Shown here one piece after another: positions 25,527-35,681 of a stretch of DNA of 64,000 nucleotides. How positions within the stretch are numbered: position 1 is the stretch's first letter; each line of letters starts with the position of its first letter. The notes beneath the pieces were generated by a model. That model saw nothing but the letters and a program-made list of their open reading frames with translations. It searched no databases and was not told the DNA's origin. Both the position numbers and the translations under genes were made by a program. Source of the stretch: a virus (taxonomy: Duplodnaviria > Caudoviricetes); the IMG/VR virus record IMGVR_UViG_3300017716_001697, positions 96,001-160,000 of that record; one strand, written 5' to 3'.

Positions 25527-28118
25527 ATGGATCAACGAGACGAATTTAGCAAATGGATGACATCAATTGAACAGGCTCTTACTGAAGAATCTACTGTAGT
25601 TGATGAAGAATTACTTGAACAAGGTTCTTGCGGTGGATGCGGTGCATGGGATTGCCCAGAGTGCTTCCCTGATGCAGATGGTGCCCTAGACGGTGCACAA
25701 CAAATTCCGGCAGTTATTATCATCGGTGCTACACCAGATGCACAAGGCCAATCTGTTGGTCAACCACCTGCTCCAACTGAAGAACCACCTGCACAACCGC
25801 AGGGCGTGGGGATGGCAGGAACTCATCCAGTAGATGGCGATACGTTCGACCACGACGAAGAAGACGAAATTGACGTAACAATGATGGGCCAGGACGCCTT
25901 CGCCGAGGAAGACGAAGACGACATGGAGATGACACAACAACCTCTTCCACGTTCCGGCAACGGTGGCGTCACACTTGGTCATATTGTTCAGAAATTTGTA
26001 AAGGCTGGCGGCGGTGAAGAAGGTAGTGAAGAAGAATTGTCCGAAGATGATGGCGACGCATCTGAAATGATTGGTAAGATTATGTACATGCAAGACATGG
26101 GTCTAAGCAATGGTCAACATAATTACAACGAAGCTCAATTAGGTGCATTGCCACCAGAGCAACTAAAGTTAATACACGATGAAGTTACAGGTAATGTATC
26201 TGAAAATTCGAGTAAGCCAACAAAGCCGCAAACAAAGCCGAATAACTGGGACGGGCTTGACGATATATTGAATCCTACACCAGACCAGCCTATTGCAAAC
26301 TATGATAACACTGATGACGGTGAGCATAATGACACAATGCCCGATCCAGAAGCAACACCTTCTATGCCACGTGCATCAGCAGCGTCAACAAGGGCTAAAA
26401 CACAAGGAATGACTCCATCTGATACAATGCGCGATTTCATGGGCCGTATTAATCCAGAAGCGGGCGCAGGCGAGCCAGATATTGAACCCGAAGATACAAC
26501 CAATGCATTAGTTGCTAGAACAGCAGCCGATGTTCCGGCAGTTATAAGCGCCGCGATGCGTGTGGCTGGAGTAGAGATGCCAGAATGGCATTCCGTGAAT
26601 AATTTGCCTGGTTTTTCGCAATCAAACGTTCGTGGAATGGGTCGTAAAGTGTTCAGCATGTTCACATCTACTCCGCTAGAACAAATACAGACAATTGCTA
26701 ACGTCGATGGGCAAGGCCCTAACACAGATGCAGAATTACGTTCTGTAGCATCCTGGTTAATGAACAATGCAGACGACCTCGGTGAAGTAAAATTAGATCA
26801 CGGTGCAGCTATTCCTGGATACAAACCCGATGTTAAAGAATACAGCATAAATGGCGTAAGGTTCCATGTAGTAAGAGATCCGATGGGACAGTACATTTAT
26901 GCATATCCAGATGCAGATGCAAAGACAAATACGGGCGCAGGAAGACTAGGACAAGGACAACAACCACCACAGGGCGCTATGCCTAGAATACGCGAAGGGA
27001 AAGATATGGCATTTAGATTAACAATTACAGAAGCTATTAAGTTAGATGATATTATTAGAGAAGGGTTAGCTTCGTTGATTTTTGAATCCGAAGTAGTAGA
27101 TGAAAGTTCGCTTAGTAAGGTATTGGGTAAGAATAAAGGCGGACAACAACTTGTTCGTTTCTTGCATAGCAAACACAAATTAAGTAACGAAGCCCAATTA
27201 GAGCCAGTTAAATTCAACAAAGATCTGTTGTGGTCGCAATTTAAGAGCCACCCGGACGATTTTGTGATTGTATCCGGGGCCAATGGTGCAGCAGGTATCA
27301 AGCCTTCTAAGAAGCATTTCGATGATTATGTCAAAGCAAAGCAAGATAAGGGCCAGACGCCTAATCCAGGAAGAAACAGTTCGTTACAATACCAAATTGT
27401 TGCGTTTACTGATGATGGCGAGCGTGTTGATCCGGAATTGTTACGAGTACAACCCGAGCCAGGCGACGAACCAGTGCAACGTGACGTTGATCCGACTGTA
27501 ATGCGAGCACGTATGGGTAAAAACATTGGTTCCGATCTGCAGAATGCTAATAATACATTCAGATTGTTAAATGACCAAATTGGCCCTATCACGACTGTAT
27601 GGATTTCTGGTTTTGGTGGCTATCGTGGCGACCCCGATTCAGTTAAACCAGCAGTAGGTTCCGTTGAAAGAGATAAGATGAAAGCCCGTGACGAATTAGG
27701 TGCCGGGCCAGGTCGTCAGAAAGACCAAAAGCCTATGCCCGAACGTGAATCAGTGAATGCAGTCTTTAAGATGATTCGCCCAGTTCTTAAGAAATTAACT
27801 GCTGAAGCAATGTCTCCATTAATGAATGCACGTAAGCGTGCTATTGATGCTGATAACGAAGATCAAGTCGAAAGACTAACAGCGCGAATTAAGAAAATGA
27901 AGAATTTCCTAGAGCAGATAGACACCTCCGCTGATGTTGATATCAACAGTTCCAGCTTTGGACCATCACTTAGGCTTGCACTTGCTACAGCAGCTGGTGC
28001 CCGCAGCGGATCTGAAGAATATAAGCAATATCTGTCAGCAGCCGCCCGCGGAAGTCGTGCAGCATTGAAACCTGTGCTAGATGCGCTTAGAGACGAATTC
28101 TTTGCAAAGTTGGGATAA
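25527..28118 (+). CDS. Large acidic multi-segment putative head-internal protein
   Basis: Late promoter and AGGAG RBS; low-complexity linkers, many (I/L)xE-(S/G/A) sites, VTLGHIVQ motif shared with the next gene. Confidence 0.6.
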   Translation: MDQRDEFSKWMTSIEQALTEESTVVDEELLEQGSCGGCGAWDCPECFPDADGALDGAQQIPAVIIIGATPDAQGQSVGQPPAPTEEPPAQPQGVGMAGTHPVDGDTFDHDEEDEIDVTMMGQDAFAEEDEDDMEMTQQPLPRSGNGGVTLGHIVQKFVKAGGGEEGSEEELSEDDGDASEMIGKIMYMQDMGLSNGQHNYNEAQLGALPPEQLKLIHDEVTGNVSENSSKPTKPQTKPNNWDGLDDILNPTPDQPIANYDNTDDGEHNDTMPDPEATPSMPRASAASTRAKTQGMTPSDTMRDFMGRINPEAGAGEPDIEPEDTTNALVARTAADVPAVISAAMRVAGVEMPEWHSVNNLPGFSQSNVRGMGRKVFSMFTSTPLEQIQTIANVDGQGPNTDAELRSVASWLMNNADDLGEVKLDHGAAIPGYKPDVKEYSINGVRFHVVRDPMGQYIYAYPDADAKTNTGAGRLGQGQQPPQGAMPRIREGKDMAFRLTITEAIKLDDIIREGLASLIFESEVVDESSLSKVLGKNKGGQQLVRFLHSKHKLSNEAQLEPVKFNKDLLWSQFKSHPDDFVIVSGANGAAGIKPSKKHFDDYVKAKQDKGQTPNPGRNSSLQYQIVAFTDDGERVDPELLRVQPEPGDEPVQRDVDPTVMRARMGKNIGSDLQNANNTFRLLNDQIGPITTVWISGFGGYRGDPDSVKPAVGSVERDKMKARDELGAGPGRQKDQKPMPERESVNAVFKMIRPVLKKLTAEAMSPLMNARKRAIDADNEDQVERLTARIKKMKNFLEQIDTSADVDINSSSFGPSLRLALATAAGARSGSEEYKQYLSAAARGSRAALKPVLDALRDEFFAKLG

Positions 28119-28119
28119 C

Positions 28120-30027
28120 ATGTATTTAGATAGTCTTATAGAGTCCTTATTACTAGAAGGTGCCACGCTGACTAAAGGTAGTCAGCGTGTAATGAATGAT
28201 AAAAAACTTGTGCCAGCATTAGCTCAGACAGTTCGCGATGATGTTGCTATCAACCCCGCATCATTTCCAGCAGGTTCTAAGAACAATTTCAAGAAAGCAC
28301 CAGACGAAGAAGTAGCAAGCTGGTTCTTGGAAAATTTAGATAACATTGAACGTGCAGGATACGATGGTGCTGTATATTCGCGTGACGGTGCAAACAGTGA
28401 CTGGATTACTCGCAGGTACATTGCCGGTTCACATAATTGGGAAGATATTACTGGTGTGCTGAATATGAATTTATTCGACTGGTATGCATTAAAGAATCGT
28501 GATGCGCTAGATGCTAACCATCAGCAGATATCAAAATTCAATAGCATTCGTCAGATCGGTTCTTATATGGTAACACATTATAGGCAAGAGCTAGAACAAA
28601 CTCGCGATGCTGCTAAGAACGCTGCAAAAGATAAGTTAGCCAAGGCTATTCCTATTCTCGATAATGACGATTATAAGATATTCTGCACACTCAACCGTAT
28701 AGCAGGATGTAAACTGGGTCGTGGCACTCAATGGTGCACAGCAAATACAACTACAGATCAACATTATCATAGATATTCTAATGAAGCTATGTTATTTCAG
28801 TTGTTTCCTAAGAACCCCGAACAGGTTAGCAAACAAACCCGTGGTGGTAGGAAGACCGAAGGATCTGAAAAATATCAATTCGGTGCAGACGATAATGGCT
28901 CGTTCATGGACATAGCTGATGATCCTGTACCGAAGAATGTAGTTAGGACAAAGTTTCCATATCTGTATTCAGATCTTGTTGATGCGTTAACAAAGAATAA
29001 GGCTAAGATTGATACTGCAACAGAAAAGTTATCAGCAGATCCTACATTGCAGACAACTGATACAAAAGTTAAGAATTATAACGTAGATGATGAAATTAGA
29101 AAATTGCATAGGTTTGTAGACCGTGGATTCTTCACTGACGAAGTGCGCCCACCGAAGACTGCAGACCCAGCATTAGAACAACCGCCTCAGGCACCCCAGG
29201 AGAATCCAATGGAAGATATGAAGTCATTAGCAAAATCTATGCTAGAAGATGTGACATTAGGGCATATTGTACAACAATATAAACCGGCTAATAGTGACGG
29301 AGAAGAATCCCCTTTAACACACGGTGATGATAATCTCGATGAAGGTGAGCCTATGATCGGCGATGCTAAATCTAGATTAGTGCAGACATTAATGAGCCGC
29401 CAAGCTGCTATCGACGAAGAAGATGCAATGGCAGCACCTGCTCCCGGCGCAGCACCGATGCCCGGTGGTGAAGTAGGCGGACAAGCACAAACTGGTGGCA
29501 CATTAGGTGGCGCTGGCGGCGGTATGGGTGGTGGCGGGCAATATGCACCAGGAACGGCGCCCACAATGCCAGAATCAATTAACCAACAAGGAAAAGTTAC
29601 AATGGAAAATGTAGATAAAGACGTAGCAGCAATGCTTAACACATTAAAGAAATATGACAAGCTTACAGAAAGTGTACTAGGTATGGCTACTGTTGGTATG
29701 GCAAACAAGCGTGTTGTCGAAGATGACAACGATGCAGATGATGCAGAAATCGATGCCGACAAGAATGACATCGAAGCAGACGAATTAGACGAATCTGGAC
29801 CAGCTAAGAAAGACGTCCCTGCATTCTTGCGTAAAGAAAAGGGTGGCGACTGGAAAACATCTAAAGATGATTTAGAAAAAGAAAAAGACGACAAGATCAG
29901 CGATCCTAAAACACTTGCTAAGAACAATGGAACAAAGGTTGATGAATCAGCTGGTGTTGATCCAGAAATTCTTGAGTGGATGGGGCGTTTTGCTAAATTA
30001 GGCAACATGAAAGGTTACGGTAGATAA
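28120..30027 (+). CDS. Large putative head-internal protein with GxGTxWCTA (PcfJ-like) segment
   Basis: ATG 28120 follows upstream stop; CKLGRGTQWCTAN motif; acidic Gly/Pro-rich C-terminal half. Confidence 0.6.
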   Translation: MYLDSLIESLLLEGATLTKGSQRVMNDKKLVPALAQTVRDDVAINPASFPAGSKNNFKKAPDEEVASWFLENLDNIERAGYDGAVYSRDGANSDWITRRYIAGSHNWEDITGVLNMNLFDWYALKNRDALDANHQQISKFNSIRQIGSYMVTHYRQELEQTRDAAKNAAKDKLAKAIPILDNDDYKIFCTLNRIAGCKLGRGTQWCTANTTTDQHYHRYSNEAMLFQLFPKNPEQVSKQTRGGRKTEGSEKYQFGADDNGSFMDIADDPVPKNVVRTKFPYLYSDLVDALTKNKAKIDTATEKLSADPTLQTTDTKVKNYNVDDEIRKLHRFVDRGFFTDEVRPPKTADPALEQPPQAPQENPMEDMKSLAKSMLEDVTLGHIVQQYKPANSDGEESPLTHGDDNLDEGEPMIGDAKSRLVQTLMSRQAAIDEEDAMAAPAPGAAPMPGGEVGGQAQTGGTLGGAGGGMGGGGQYAPGTAPTMPESINQQGKVTMENVDKDVAAMLNTLKKYDKLTESVLGMATVGMANKRVVEDDNDADDAEIDADKNDIEADELDESGPAKKDVPAFLRKEKGGDWKTSKDDLEKEKDDKISDPKTLAKNNGTKVDESAGVDPEILEWMGRFAKLGNMKGYGR

Positions 30028-30042
30028 TATCTATCAATCAAG

Positions 30043-30064
30043 AAGGCACTTCGGTGCCTTTTTT
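30043..30064 (+). terminator. Intrinsic terminator
   Basis: AAGGCAC-TTCG-GTGCCTT-TTTT. Confidence 0.85.
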
Positions 30065-30077
30065 AATGGCCGAAATT

Positions 30078-30106
30078 TTGACTTTCGATTAAGTAAGTGT
30101 TATAAT
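30078..30106 (+). promoter_or_regulatory. sigma70-type promoter TTGACT-N17-TATAAT
   Basis: TTGACTTTCG variant. Confidence 0.75.
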
Positions 30107-30125
30107 TATTTAATTGGAGGACTCA

Positions 30126-30896
30126 ATGTCACATAAAGAAAAATTTTTAGAAGAATGTATTGTACTGGATACGGAAACAACCGGTAAAGATTACAATACG
30201 GCTGAAATTATTGAAACAGGGTTTGTTATCCGCGAAGGTGGAGAATGGATCTTATTTCAGGACTTACATAAACCTAAAGGCAAGATTCCACCAATGGTAG
30301 AGTCTATATGCTACATCACGAATAAAATGGTTGAAGACAAACCAGTCTTTGTTGATGCAAAAGAAACATTTCAAACAGTAGTCGATGGGTTTGCAAATGG
30401 GTATGCTGTAGGTCACAATTATTTCTATGATATGAAAGTATTGCAGAATCACGGTATTACAATGCCTAAGAATTCTATCTGTACATGGCGTATGGCTAAG
30501 AAGTTGTTTAATGGCATGAATGAGATTGAAAGTACAAGTCTACCATATTTGCGTTTTGCACTAGAACTAGATGTGCCAATTGATATGTACTGCCACCGTG
30601 CGGGCAACGATTCGTTTATAACCGGCAAATTACTTGAAATTATGGTGGATTTAATGGAGTCGTCTGATCTACTGGACCTAGACATGCCATACGGTCCACA
30701 AATTGCAGAATGGGCCGCAGCGCCTATTATTTACGAGCGTATGCCGTTTGGAAAACATAAGGGCGAACTAATGATCGATGTGCCACATAGCTACTGGAAG
30801 TGGGCAACACAGAATATGGATTCGCTAAACGAAGATGCTGATAACTTCGATCCCGATCTTGCGGCAAGCGTGCATAAGGCACTGGGACTAAATTAA
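30126..30896 (+). CDS. DEDDh 3'-5' exonuclease (ExoX/DnaQ-like)
   Basis: LDTETTG..IIE, GHNYFYD, HRAGND; C-terminal MPFGKHKG..DVPHSYW; GGAGG RBS. Confidence 0.88.
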   Translation: MSHKEKFLEECIVLDTETTGKDYNTAEIIETGFVIREGGEWILFQDLHKPKGKIPPMVESICYITNKMVEDKPVFVDAKETFQTVVDGFANGYAVGHNYFYDMKVLQNHGITMPKNSICTWRMAKKLFNGMNEIESTSLPYLRFALELDVPIDMYCHRAGNDSFITGKLLEIMVDLMESSDLLDLDMPYGPQIAEWAAAPIIYERMPFGKHKGELMIDVPHSYWKWATQNMDSLNEDADNFDPDLAASVHKALGLN

Positions 30897-30897
30897 A

Positions 30898-31071
30898 ATG
30901 GCTACAGCTAGAAATGATATCACTGGAGACTCACTAGCATCAAAGTCATCCACCGACGCCTATCGTAAAGGGTGGGAAACAACGTTCGGGAATAAGGCAG
31001 CAGAACTAGCTGTAGAGACTAAATTATCTGAGCAGACAGATCCGTCTGACGCAGAAAGTAACGACCTATAA
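30898..31071 (+). CDS. 57-aa phage protein (below ORF-track cutoff)
   Basis: MATARNDITGDSLASK..DAYRKGWETTFG; translated by hand. Confidence 0.6.
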   Translation: MATARNDITGDSLASKSSTDAYRKGWETTFGNKAAELAVETKLSEQTDPSDAESNDL

Positions 31072-31121
31072 TTTGGTCAGTGCACAGGGCACTAAAAATT
31101 AAAACACAAAAGGAAATATAA

Positions 31122-31313
31122 ATGTCAACATTACAATCAATCAAAGAAGCAATGGCAGCACTGGAAACAGAAGATGCAAAATTTACAGCTGGCAATTCTG
31201 CTGCTGGCACCCGCGCTCGTAAGGCACTTGGTGATCTACAGAAACTTGCTAAGGTACGCCGTAATGAAATTACTGAAGAAAAGAACGCACGTAAAGAAGC
31301 AAAAGCTGCTTAA
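31122..31313 (+). CDS. Histone H1-like Hc1-family small basic protein
   Basis: GNSAAGTRARKALGDLQKLAK.RR.EI; AAGGA RBS. Confidence 0.75.
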   Translation: MSTLQSIKEAMAALETEDAKFTAGNSAAGTRARKALGDLQKLAKVRRNEITEEKNARKEAKAA

Positions 31314-31700
31314 TTACTGACCGTTATTATTTTTAGCGCCATCCATTTCAGAAGACATCACAGCAGGTGCAAACGGCTGGTACTTCTGAACATGGTGGTC
31401 GTACGGTAAACCAGCGTGTGCTAATGCATATTGCAAACCCCTGAATCCAGGACTTTGTAATTTAGTACCCTCTGGTTTATTATTATATTTCGCCTGAGGC
31501 TTATCTACTGGCTTCGTAAATACAGGCACAACATCTTCTTTAAACCACTCTTTAAAATGCTCGTCATAGTACTCAGCATTCTTCTTTTTATACTTAACAT
31601 CATCGGGATTATAGAATTCATCGTAATCCTTGCTTGCTTCTTTGTAGAATCGTGCTACAATGTCTGTTGCACTCTCGTTGAGTATATCTTTAATTTTCAT
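31314..31700 (-). CDS. Putative head-internal protein (starts MKIKDILNES)
   Basis: ATAAATA 31712-31706, 5 nt before ATG; N-terminal motif family. Confidence 0.6.
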   Translation of the reverse strand: MKIKDILNESATDIVARFYKEASKDYDEFYNPDDVKYKKKNAEYYDEHFKEWFKEDVVPVFTKPVDKPQAKYNNKPEGTKLQSPGFRGLQYALAHAGLPYDHHVQKYQPFAPAVMSSEMDGAKNNNGQ

Positions 31701-31713
31701 AATACTATTTATC

Positions 31714-31959
31714 ATGTCGTCTAGGTATCTTCCAGTTAAACATAATGCACAATGGTGGAATCACTGGTCTGCATTTTACAAATACTGCGATTCCTATAAA
31801 TCAGGGCAGGCATACTGTGACGAGATGAACTTAATAGCAAGGAAATTAAGAAAGTTCAACGGAACGATAGTATATAATACGGTTAATCCTCCGGGTATAA
31901 TCGGATTAGAATTTAACACCGACGAAGATTTACTAATTTTCAAATTAACATTTAACTAA
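31714..31959 (+). CDS. Small protein of the F-x3-D-x3-FKL family
   Basis: C-terminal [17 protein letters not shown]. Confidence 0.55.
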   Translation: MSSRYLPVKHNAQWWNHWSAFYKYCDSYKSGQAYCDEMNLIARKLRKFNGTIVYNTVNPPGIIGLEFNTDEDLLIFKLTFN

Positions 31960-31970
31960 GGAAACACAAA

Positions 31971-32567
31971 ATGCAAAATGCTTTAATCCCAATGGTCGTA
32001 GAACAAACCGCTCGCGGCGAACGTTCGTACGATTTGTATTCGCGCTTGATGAAGGAACGCATTGTGTTCTTTACGGGTGAAGTCGAAACCAATATGTGCA
32101 ATGTGCTTATTGCACAGTTGCTATTCCTTGAAGCTGAAAATGCAGAACAGCCAATCGGCATGTATATCAACAGCCCGGGCGGCTCTGTGTATGATGGATT
32201 AGGCGTATATGATGTTATGAATTACATCAAGTGCCCCGTGCATACATATGTGACAGGCATGGCAGCAAGTATGGGCAGTTTCATTGCACAAGCTGGAGAG
32301 CCTGGGCACCGTTATTTGATGCCACGTTCGATTACAATGATTCACCAACCTAGTTCCGGTACACGTGGTAAGGTGTCTGACATGGAAATTGATTTGCTTG
32401 AAAGTCTACGTATCAAGAAGGAAATGACTGAATTGTATGTTCAGCATAATTCGCGTGGCACGACATTCGAAAAGTTTGCCGAACTGATGGACCGCGATAA
32501 GTGGTTGACAGCACCACAGGCTCTTGAATTGGGCCTTGCTGATCACATTGTCACAAAAAGAGTGTAA
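31971..32567 (+). CDS. clpP: ATP-dependent Clp protease proteolytic subunit
   Basis: [35 protein letters not shown] (Ser), MIHQP (His), DRD (Asp). Confidence 0.96.
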   Translation: MQNALIPMVVEQTARGERSYDLYSRLMKERIVFFTGEVETNMCNVLIAQLLFLEAENAEQPIGMYINSPGGSVYDGLGVYDVMNYIKCPVHTYVTGMAASMGSFIAQAGEPGHRYLMPRSITMIHQPSSGTRGKVSDMEIDLLESLRIKKEMTELYVQHNSRGTTFEKFAELMDRDKWLTAPQALELGLADHIVTKRV

Positions 32568-32580
32568 TTCTGGATGGTGG

Positions 32581-32587
32581 ATAAATA
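32581..32587 (+). promoter_or_regulatory. T4-late-like promoter ATAAATA
   Basis: Direct match. Confidence 0.55.
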
Positions 32588-32611
32588 AAGTTACTATATA
32601 AAGGGTAACAT

Positions 32612-33340
32612 ATGAATCCACCATCGAAATTTCTTCTATTGTTAGAAGCAATAAGATCTATTTTCGAATATGGGCAGAGTATTATACTAAGCCTACCATT
32701 GCAGTATATATCCCCTAAAGGCGATGGTCACCCTGTCATTATTTTGCCTGGCCTTGGTGCAGCAGATCAATCCACATACTTTATTAGAAATTTCTTATCT
32801 AGCTTAGGGTATGTGGTTCATCCCTGGGGACTTGGGAGAAATTTGGGACCAAGAGAAGGGCTTGATAAGCTGACGTCAGCTATGATAGCTCGCATACGTG
32901 CTGTGTCAGCAGAAAATAACGGAGCAAAGGTCAGTCTCATAGGATGGAGCCTTGGTGGCATATATGCTAGAGAAATAGCAAAAGCTGCACCCGATCTTAT
33001 TAGACAGGTTATCACAATCGGCACGCCGTTTAAGGGTGCAAAAGGTGGAACTAATGCAACAATGTTATATGAAATATTAAGTAAGGATAAGAGTCACCTT
33101 GATCCTAACATTGTTGATATGATTGCTATGAAACCCGATGTACCGTTCACATCAATCTACAGTAAGACCGATGGCGTGGTAGCATGGCAATGCTCGATTG
33201 AGGAAATCAGCGATATTTCCGAAAATATAGAAATTCCAGGCGCAAGTCATCTCGGGCTTGGACATAATCCTATATCGATGCATATTATTGCTGATAGGCT
33301 TTCTCAACCAGAATCTAACTGGTCACCTTACATACATTAA
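32612..33340 (+). CDS. Alpha/beta-fold hydrolase (lipase/esterase-like)
   Basis: ILPGLG oxyanion region, GWSLGG nucleophile elbow, DGVV, SHLGL. Confidence 0.85.
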   Translation: MNPPSKFLLLLEAIRSIFEYGQSIILSLPLQYISPKGDGHPVIILPGLGAADQSTYFIRNFLSSLGYVVHPWGLGRNLGPREGLDKLTSAMIARIRAVSAENNGAKVSLIGWSLGGIYAREIAKAAPDLIRQVITIGTPFKGAKGGTNATMLYEILSKDKSHLDPNIVDMIAMKPDVPFTSIYSKTDGVVAWQCSIEEISDISENIEIPGASHLGLGHNPISMHIIADRLSQPESNWSPYIH

Positions 33341-33356
33341 AAATGTCAACATATTC

Positions 33357-33385
33357 AAACCGGGCTTGCCCGGTTTCGTTGTTTT
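33357..33385 (+). terminator. Probable terminator
   Basis: AAACCGGG-CTTG-CCCGGTTT then T-rich. Confidence 0.6.
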
Positions 33386-33397
33386 ATTAACCATATT

Positions 33398-33426
33398 TTG
33401 ACTTGTACATCTGTACATGCTATACT
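33398..33426 (+). promoter_or_regulatory. sigma70-type promoter TTGACT-N17-TATACT
   Basis: Direct match; spacer contains TGTACA twice. Confidence 0.7.
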
Positions 33427-33450
33427 GTATATTATAACACAGGGGATTGC

Positions 33451-33678
33451 ATGGAAAAACAAGATTTATATGTACCGATGAATGAATTAATAAGAGATAA
33501 AGAAACATCCTGGACATTTACAAATATAAATCTTCCATATTACGAAATTGCTAAACGTGGTATTGTTATGTGGTGTGTAGGAAATCTAGAAGGTCGTTGG
33601 ACCATGTTAGGTGGAAATAAATTCGGGTTCGAGGATGGTGCAGATGCAACTATCTTTCGTATGCAGTTTGGTTGGTAA
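33451..33678 (+). CDS. Small protein of the F-x3-DA-x2-F-x-L family
   Basis: FGFEDGADATIFRMQFGW. Confidence 0.6.
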   Translation: MEKQDLYVPMNELIRDKETSWTFTNINLPYYEIAKRGIVMWCVGNLEGRWTMLGGNKFGFEDGADATIFRMQFGW

Positions 33679-33691
33679 CAAAGGAAATATC

Positions 33692-33877
33692 ATGACAGAT
33701 AATGCAATTAAATTTAAAGATAAACTTCTAATTATTAAGAATGCTGATCTTGTTGATGCAAGAATTCTTGATACTAATTATGCACGACTAATTATTGCAG
33801 CAGTTAGTCACGACGAAAAGGAAAAGTTTCTTATCTTGCGCAAGAATACACAAGATAGGATTAAGGAACTATCCTAA
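33692..33877 (+). CDS. Hypothetical protein
   Basis: AAAGGA RBS, ATG 33692. Confidence 0.55.
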   Translation: MTDNAIKFKDKLLIIKNADLVDARILDTNYARLIIAAVSHDEKEKFLILRKNTQDRIKELS

Positions 33878-34146
33878 TGCGAACCCCGCAGTACGACAGA
33901 GGTTTCATGGGACCGTATGGTGAGGTAACAGATGTAGCCGATTGCAGGTCAACCTCATATAGACGCATATACAGTGAAATGGTTGAGGTTGACCTCCGAT
34001 TTCGCGATCAGGTAACGTTCCGGCAGTTTAAAGAAGACCTATGGGCTGGCCGCAAGGCTAACGCAGAAGAATATATTCGAGAAAATAACCCAGCAGTTAA
34101 ACGAGCATGGGAAGAATACCAAATACTATTAAAACTATTAAAATAA
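33877..34146 (+). CDS. Hypothetical protein
   Basis: TAATG overlap; ENNPAVKRAWEEYQILL. Confidence 0.6.
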   Translation: MRTPQYDRGFMGPYGEVTDVADCRSTSYRRIYSEMVEVDLRFRDQVTFRQFKEDLWAGRKANAEEYIRENNPAVKRAWEEYQILLKLLK

Positions 34147-35304
34147 ATGCTCAATATTTCAAAGAAAATTTACGTAGGGTGGGATGCAAAGGCAGTATAC
34201 AGTGATGTCCCTGAAGCAGAAATTGTACCCATTGGCGAGACAGCAGGCGAGAAGAGAAAAATAACAGGATTCGAGTCAAGGCATACTGCCTTACACGAAT
34301 ACGATAATTTGCCATTACCCGGATTCACACTCATTGATGTTAACAAGAAAAGCTATTCTGCACCAGATTCGTCGTGGCTTATTATAGACCCACGAGGATT
34401 CAAAGCTAGGATTAGCACAGCGAATTTATTCGAAATATTAAAGGTGACCGGCATCACTGAAGGGCTCGTGCAGCAAAAGTGTGTATGGGCTAGAGAGGAT
34501 GCTAAAACCTCAATGACATTGATACCTGTATCTGCTGATAAATTTACAGAAGCAGTTGATAACACAGAGCTTATTGAATCTAAGATAGATATGAGCGAAG
34601 TTAACATCGGTGATACAGTATTATTGCAGAATAAGAAACAAGGTGTGTATAAAGGTACACTCTCATTGTATTGTTCGATGCAAGAAAATTCATCCGGGAT
34701 TTCTAAACCGCAGTCTATGTTGCGTAGACAAATTATAGAAATTACACCTAACAAATATTATTATCATGCTGATGCTAAGATTTTAAAGGTGGTGAAGAAA
34801 TCAACGACAACAATAACTCCTGTCGAATCTGCGGCCGAACTGAACACAAGCATTAAAGATGGCTCAGCATTCTTTTCTTGCTACGACCGCATGGGTACTG
34901 CTTATTATGGAAGCCACGGTCGCGTCAGACTTGTATCAGCAAGTGCTGTAGCAAAAGTCAAAGTTCAGTTAGAAGAAATAGATATCGTAGAAGCAGAAAA
35001 ATTACTATCCGAATGTATTTCTTTCACAGATGCCGGGTGTCTAGTTGTGGAATTTGGTACAGGTGTGAAGAACATCATAAACTTTCCGTACTCAGCTAGA
35101 ACAAATCCTAATATACTTAATTCGTTTGAGGTTGAGAAGATTACATCAGTCGACGACCATAGTCTTACTATCGAGGTGCCAGTTCGTCAGTCATATTATG
35201 CTAGTTATAACTATAATAGCCAAACCAAAACTACTTACACACTTGACAAATTTGCGAAATTCTATAAAATAGTAAAATGTGTTAAGACTGACACATATAT
35301 TTAA
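34147..35304 (+). CDS. Hypothetical protein (385 aa)
   Basis: Long ORF abutting neighbours. Confidence 0.7.
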   Translation: MLNISKKIYVGWDAKAVYSDVPEAEIVPIGETAGEKRKITGFESRHTALHEYDNLPLPGFTLIDVNKKSYSAPDSSWLIIDPRGFKARISTANLFEILKVTGITEGLVQQKCVWAREDAKTSMTLIPVSADKFTEAVDNTELIESKIDMSEVNIGDTVLLQNKKQGVYKGTLSLYCSMQENSSGISKPQSMLRRQIIEITPNKYYYHADAKILKVVKKSTTTITPVESAAELNTSIKDGSAFFSCYDRMGTAYYGSHGRVRLVSASAVAKVKVQLEEIDIVEAEKLLSECISFTDAGCLVVEFGTGVKNIINFPYSARTNPNILNSFEVEKITSVDDHSLTIEVPVRQSYYASYNYNSQTKTTYTLDKFAKFYKIVKCVKTDTYI

Positions 35305-35312
35305 GGAATAGA

Positions 35313-35666
35313 ATGGAAGCAAAAAAATACGTAGAATTATCGGACAGAACATGTAAGCATATCGGCGAAGACGGCTTAGTTGTAGCGCCTGCACAATATG
35401 ATTTGATTCATGCTGCATTTGGCATTGCGGGCGAGTCGGGCGAGATTGTTGATGCGGTTAAGAAGCATGTATTTTACGGTAAGCCACTTGATGTCGCGAA
35501 TTTGCGTGAAGAAGTAGGTGATGTTATGTGGTACATTGCGTTAATGTGCCGTACATTGGGTGTTACTCTGGAAGAATTAATGCAAGAAAATATCAATAAG
35601 TTGACAGCACGCTATCCAGAAAAGTATTCGGACGAATTAGCTATCACACGCTTAGATAAGCAGTAA
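35313..35666 (+). CDS. MazG-like nucleoside triphosphate pyrophosphohydrolase
   Basis: GIAGESGEIVDAVKK...LREEVGDVMWY...ENINKLTARYP. Confidence 0.88.
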   Translation: MEAKKYVELSDRTCKHIGEDGLVVAPAQYDLIHAAFGIAGESGEIVDAVKKHVFYGKPLDVANLREEVGDVMWYIALMCRTLGVTLEELMQENINKLTARYPEKYSDELAITRLDKQ

Positions 35667-35681
35667 ATATAGGGCCCGGCA

